Source: Selaginella moellendorffii (Eukaryota > Plantae > Lycopodiophyta). From it: DNA of 64,000 nucleotides. The notes beneath the pieces were generated by a model. It saw only the letters and a list, made by a program, of their open reading frames with translations. It was not told where the DNA came from and did no database searches. Shown here piece by piece: positions 60,130 through 64,000 of this stretch. A program made the translations under genes and the position numbers. Position 1 is the stretch's first letter, and each line of letters begins with the position of its first letter. Where the stretch lies: NCBI RefSeq assembly GCF_000143415.4, contig NW_003314432.1:104851-168850 (forward strand). Direction: 5' to 3'.

Positions 60130-62615
60130 GAATGTCATCCAAGTTATACTCAAAATTAGGAAACAACTTCCTCACATCATCCTCAGCTTCCCATGTAGCA
60201 TCATATGGAGAATAACAATTCCACTGAACAAGTAACTCTCTCGAAGTCTTACAACGTGTGCGCGCTAGCCGTTGCTATAACACACAAGTAGGGCCAACCT
60301 TCAAACATCTATCTCTGGAATCTTGATTGCAGACTGGTCCAAGATATTACCAGAATACAAACATGCCTTCAACTTCCCTACATAGAAGACGGGATGAATC
60401 TTCACACCACTAGGCAAGTCTAGTTGATAGGCAAGGTCTCCAACTCGTTTGAGAACAATCCAAGGCCCACAGTACTGTGGCAACAACTTAGAACTACCTC
60501 CACCTTGAAGAGCTCACTGAGCTTCAGACAACTGAAGGAAAACCTTGTCTCCATCCTGAAACTGCTTGTGCTGATGATGCTCATCAGCCAACTCCTTTGC
60601 CTGGTGCACCTTAAGAGAAGCCAAGTTCATACCAACAGGGGACCGAAGTTGAAAGCCATACATTGCCATAAACGGAGCCATCTCAATAGCCAAATGGAAG
60701 GCACAGTTATGGGCAAACTCTAACAAAGCCAGGTACTTCTCCCAAATACCTTGCCTCTTCAGATGACCAACAAACGATCTCAGCATGTCTTCCAGCACCT
60801 AATTAACTCGTTTTGTTTGTCCATCTGACTGTGGATGCTGCAAGCTTCTGGAACGGTTATATACAGAAGTTGAATTAAATCTAACAACTATCTGCCAAAA
60901 CTCCAAAGTGAACGTGGGATCCCGATCACTTACAACATCCTTAGGCAGCCCATAGAGACAAACAACTGAGCAAGTTCAAAAGCCTTAGGATTCGTCTTCA
61001 CAAGGAAGAAGTGAGCCAACATCATCACACAAACCACAACAACCCAGATAGCATCATTGCCTTGAAGTCCCTACTATGAAACTCATAGAAAATGCTATCC
61101 CACTTCTGCTGAGGTTAACTATAGTAGGTGTGTCTCTACCAAATGTGTCTCTACCAGAACACATGTCCTTGATGTCCTGCACTTGGTGCAATAGACACTC
61201 TTACAGAATCCACTGTAAAAGAACATTGTTTCTAGGAACCATAGCCCGATTCCTCTTGACTAGGAAACCATCTTATACATTAAAGGAAGCACAATTGCAT
61301 TGGAAGAGGCATCCCTCTTCAAAACAACTGCACGTTGCCTTCACTACAAAGGAGTCAAAGTCAACAAGCTCCTTAATTTCATCCAGCAAACCACTAGAGA
61401 GCTTCCCAAATGAGATAGAGTTCACCATCCTAGACAATGGAGAAACAACCACCTTTACCGTCTAACAGGAAAATTGTCTTAAAGAAAAGTTGTAGATCTT
61501 GGAAAACCTAGCAACTTTGCTTTAAACATCATCTTCTGAATTCACGAGTAATCTGCGGTCAAAATTACCCTTTGACTTTTATTTCATCACCTTAAACCCC
61601 AGAGCTAAACTCCTCTGGTGGTTTGGAATCTGCACATCCATTTCCTGCAAAAACTCCAGTCAATGAGCTAGCCGGCCTCGAAGCTCCATCTGGCGAGTGA
61701 AAAGAGTGACAAGTGGTAAAGTTATCCACATGAAAAATCCAAACCATACAGGTAATGCCTCCACTCTTTGACCGCAACAACTACAACATACAACTTCCTA
61801 TCCCGAGTTGGCAATTCAGCTAAGTTGCATCAAACTTGTGGCTTATGTAGGCAATAGGACAGCAGTCTTGCACCAAGACAGCTCCTATACCCTCATCACT
61901 AGCCTTGTTAATGAAAGTATGCGTAGCACCAGAGTCAAAGAGGACATTGAGCACTTGGCTATGCACAACTCATTGCACAAACAACCGTACAGCTCAGATG
62001 AGTTGATACAATTCTTCTTCACTCCTTCAGAAAGCTTAGTGACAGCAGTGTCAGCTAGAACATGAGTAGATACATTCTCTCCTTGGTCCACATTGACACC
62101 CATGGGCTCACTAGGATCAGAAAGAGAAAAAGACTCATGAGCCATACCCTCTGAACACATAGACTCCATAGCGTGAGCCTTAGCCTTCTACCACAAGTGG
62201 GTTATCACAAGCAAATATCTGTAGAATATACATGATTGCTTTAACCACTCAAATGCTTCTTGACACTTTCACCCCACACCAACTTAGCATGCTTGGTGGT
62301 GTTTCGAAGAATATCCATCAAAGGAGCAGCAATCAAGGAGAAGTCCTTCACAAACCGGCAAAAGACTCCCACCATACCAAGGAAACCCATGCACATTAGG
62401 GGGAACAAGCTAGTCAACGACTATCTGAGTCTTTTGAGGATCTTCCCACACACCATCTCGTGGCACCACATGTTCGAGATAGGTGATCTCCTCCAAGAAG
62501 AACTCACGCTTTGCCAGTTTAGAATACAGCTTGTTCTCCCTCAATAGCAGCAACATTTGCCTCACATGCATCTCATGTTCCACCTTAGTCGTAGGACATC
62601 ATCAAAGTAGTGCCT
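60130..62615 (-). mobile_element. Degenerate chromovirus pol (inverted copy of 22190-24740)
   Basis: LEDMLRSFV...LEFAHNCA; QYCGPWIVLKRVGDLAYQLDLPSGVKIHPVFYVGKLK. Confidence 0.85.
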
Positions 62616-62764
62616 TGCACATGAGATTGCATAACTCTATCAAAAGAACTGTTTGATAATAGTTAGCCTCAGCCATCATATGAAGCAACATCTTTGCTGA
62701 GTTAGAAAAGACTTCTTGAGCATTCCAAAGCTTCAAAACAAGATAGTCAAAGGATCTCAACTAG

Positions 62765-64000
62765 CAATAAGTTGTTCTAGCATGGCTAGTTTTCATTTGA
62801 TTGATTCTTTTTGGTTGATTTCATATTGTATTGCCATTTGTAGTGATAGAACAATGTACTCGAGTGGTGTCAAAGCTTCAAGGCCGTAGGTGAGCTTGAA
62901 TGATGTCAAATTTAACCTTATATGCGGTTTGATATGCCTATATGGTATTGTAGATGTGATTGTCCCAGTCTTTCTAATTTATTTTCATGATTTTCATGAG
63001 GATGTTTTTGAGTGTCTTGTTTGTAGACTCTGCTTGACCGTTGCCTTGAGGGTAGTTGTGTTCTTTGATCAGTGACGAGTTCTCAAGGTAAACCATATCT
63101 TGTGATGAGGTTTTCATAGATGAACTTTTTGTGTTCTTTGTTATAACAGTCTTTATTGGTTGAGTTTGAGCCCATTTTGTCATATAGTCTACTGCAATTA
63201 GAATGTACTAGTTTTGCTTGGAGCTTGTCATAATTAACCAACAAAGTCAAGTCCTCATCATTGAAAAAGTTTGAGTGGAGTTTCTAGATGACGTTCTTAA
63301 GTTTATTTCTTTGGTGCATACTTGGTTCATTGGTAAATGTCGTATTTTTTATAGAACTTGGCTTAGTTGTGCCAAAGTGGTGGCCACCAAAGTCTTGCTT
63401 GTAAAGTTTTTCGAGTTGTGATTTCTTTAACAAAGCGTCCTCCTATTTGTCCACAGTAGGCTTCTTTAAGTAGATCTTGTGTTTCTTCTGGGTTTTAAAA
63501 TGTTATGTCTTCCTTGTTTGTACAGTTTTCTTTCCACGACTGAATATGGTCTTGTCCTCAAGACAAATTGCTTGCACTTGTCGGAGGTTGAATATTAACT
63601 TGGTATTGTTGCTATTGTGAGGTAGTAGTAAATGTCCATCTAGGTTGGTGATGTGTGGATTCAAAGGATATTGGAGTTAGGAAAGTTATCCATATTGTGT
63701 TTCGATTATTCATCGGTTGTAATGCAGCTTAAGTGTCCATGTTCTTTTCTAGGCTTGTAGATGATCTCGAAGTTGTATTCTTGAAGTAGTAAGAACTATC
63801 GTGCAATTTTGCCGGTGAGGATCGTTTTGTTAAGAAGTTAAAGGAAGTTACCGAGTAGGTAGTGTCGAAACTTCTAAAGTGCGTAGACCATTGCTAGAGC
63901 TTCTTTCTCAGTTGCAGTATAGTTCATTCTGGCTGAGTTGAGTCTTCAACTTGCATAGTAAATTGGTCGGTCTTTATAATCTTTTTGTTGTTGCAAAATG
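62765..64000 (-). mobile_element. Ty3/gypsy RNase H-integrase region (same family as 3860-9700), continuing beyond the window
   Basis: YMTKWAQTQPI...YPQGNGQAESTNKTLKNIL; 63160-64000 is a diverged direct copy of about 4110-4955. Confidence 0.85.

Larger units (their letters stand above)
50549..63115 (-). repeat. Right arm of large inverted duplication (pairs with 21620-39859)
   Basis: See left arm. Lacks the Helitron, five PPR triplets and the segment at about 27015-27803. Confidence 0.92.

Noticed and set aside
1-64000. tRNA, rRNA or other structured RNA genes
   Set aside because: None recognised by eye; tRNAscan-SE and Infernal would be needed to exclude them.

Overview
Eukaryotic plant genomic DNA with short GT-AG introns and two N gaps. 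It is most likely a lycophyte such as Selaginella, inferred from the PGxSWWTD-type DYW domain and the style of the PLS-PPR genes. The window is a TE-rich, repeatedly duplicated region. The only clearly intact long ORFs are two convergent, intronless paralogous PLS-class PPR-E-DYW genes (28667-33088 +, 53982-56696 -). Each has an N-terminal OSB-type PDF (WWDNR...PDFKH...LW) ssDNA-binding-like motif and a 333-bp S-P-L triplet array of different length (9 vs 4 units). The repeats vary at the base-specifying positions. The two genes lie in the arms of a large inverted duplication (about 21620-39860 vs 50549-63115; also 14385-20120 vs 47460-50550). A direct duplication offset by 37,940 bp (1-3083) suggests an amplifying cassette. 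The rest of the window contains three dead PIF/Harbinger copies, a 3.2-kb Helitron-like insertion whose empty site is visible in the other arm, degenerate Ty3/gypsy elements with a nested solo LTR, hAT and LINE remnants, and fragmentary pseudogenes of SEC16, GH29 alpha-L-fucosidase, RRP5, a PPR and a B-lectin. All calls were made by eye and boundaries of degenerate elements are approximate.
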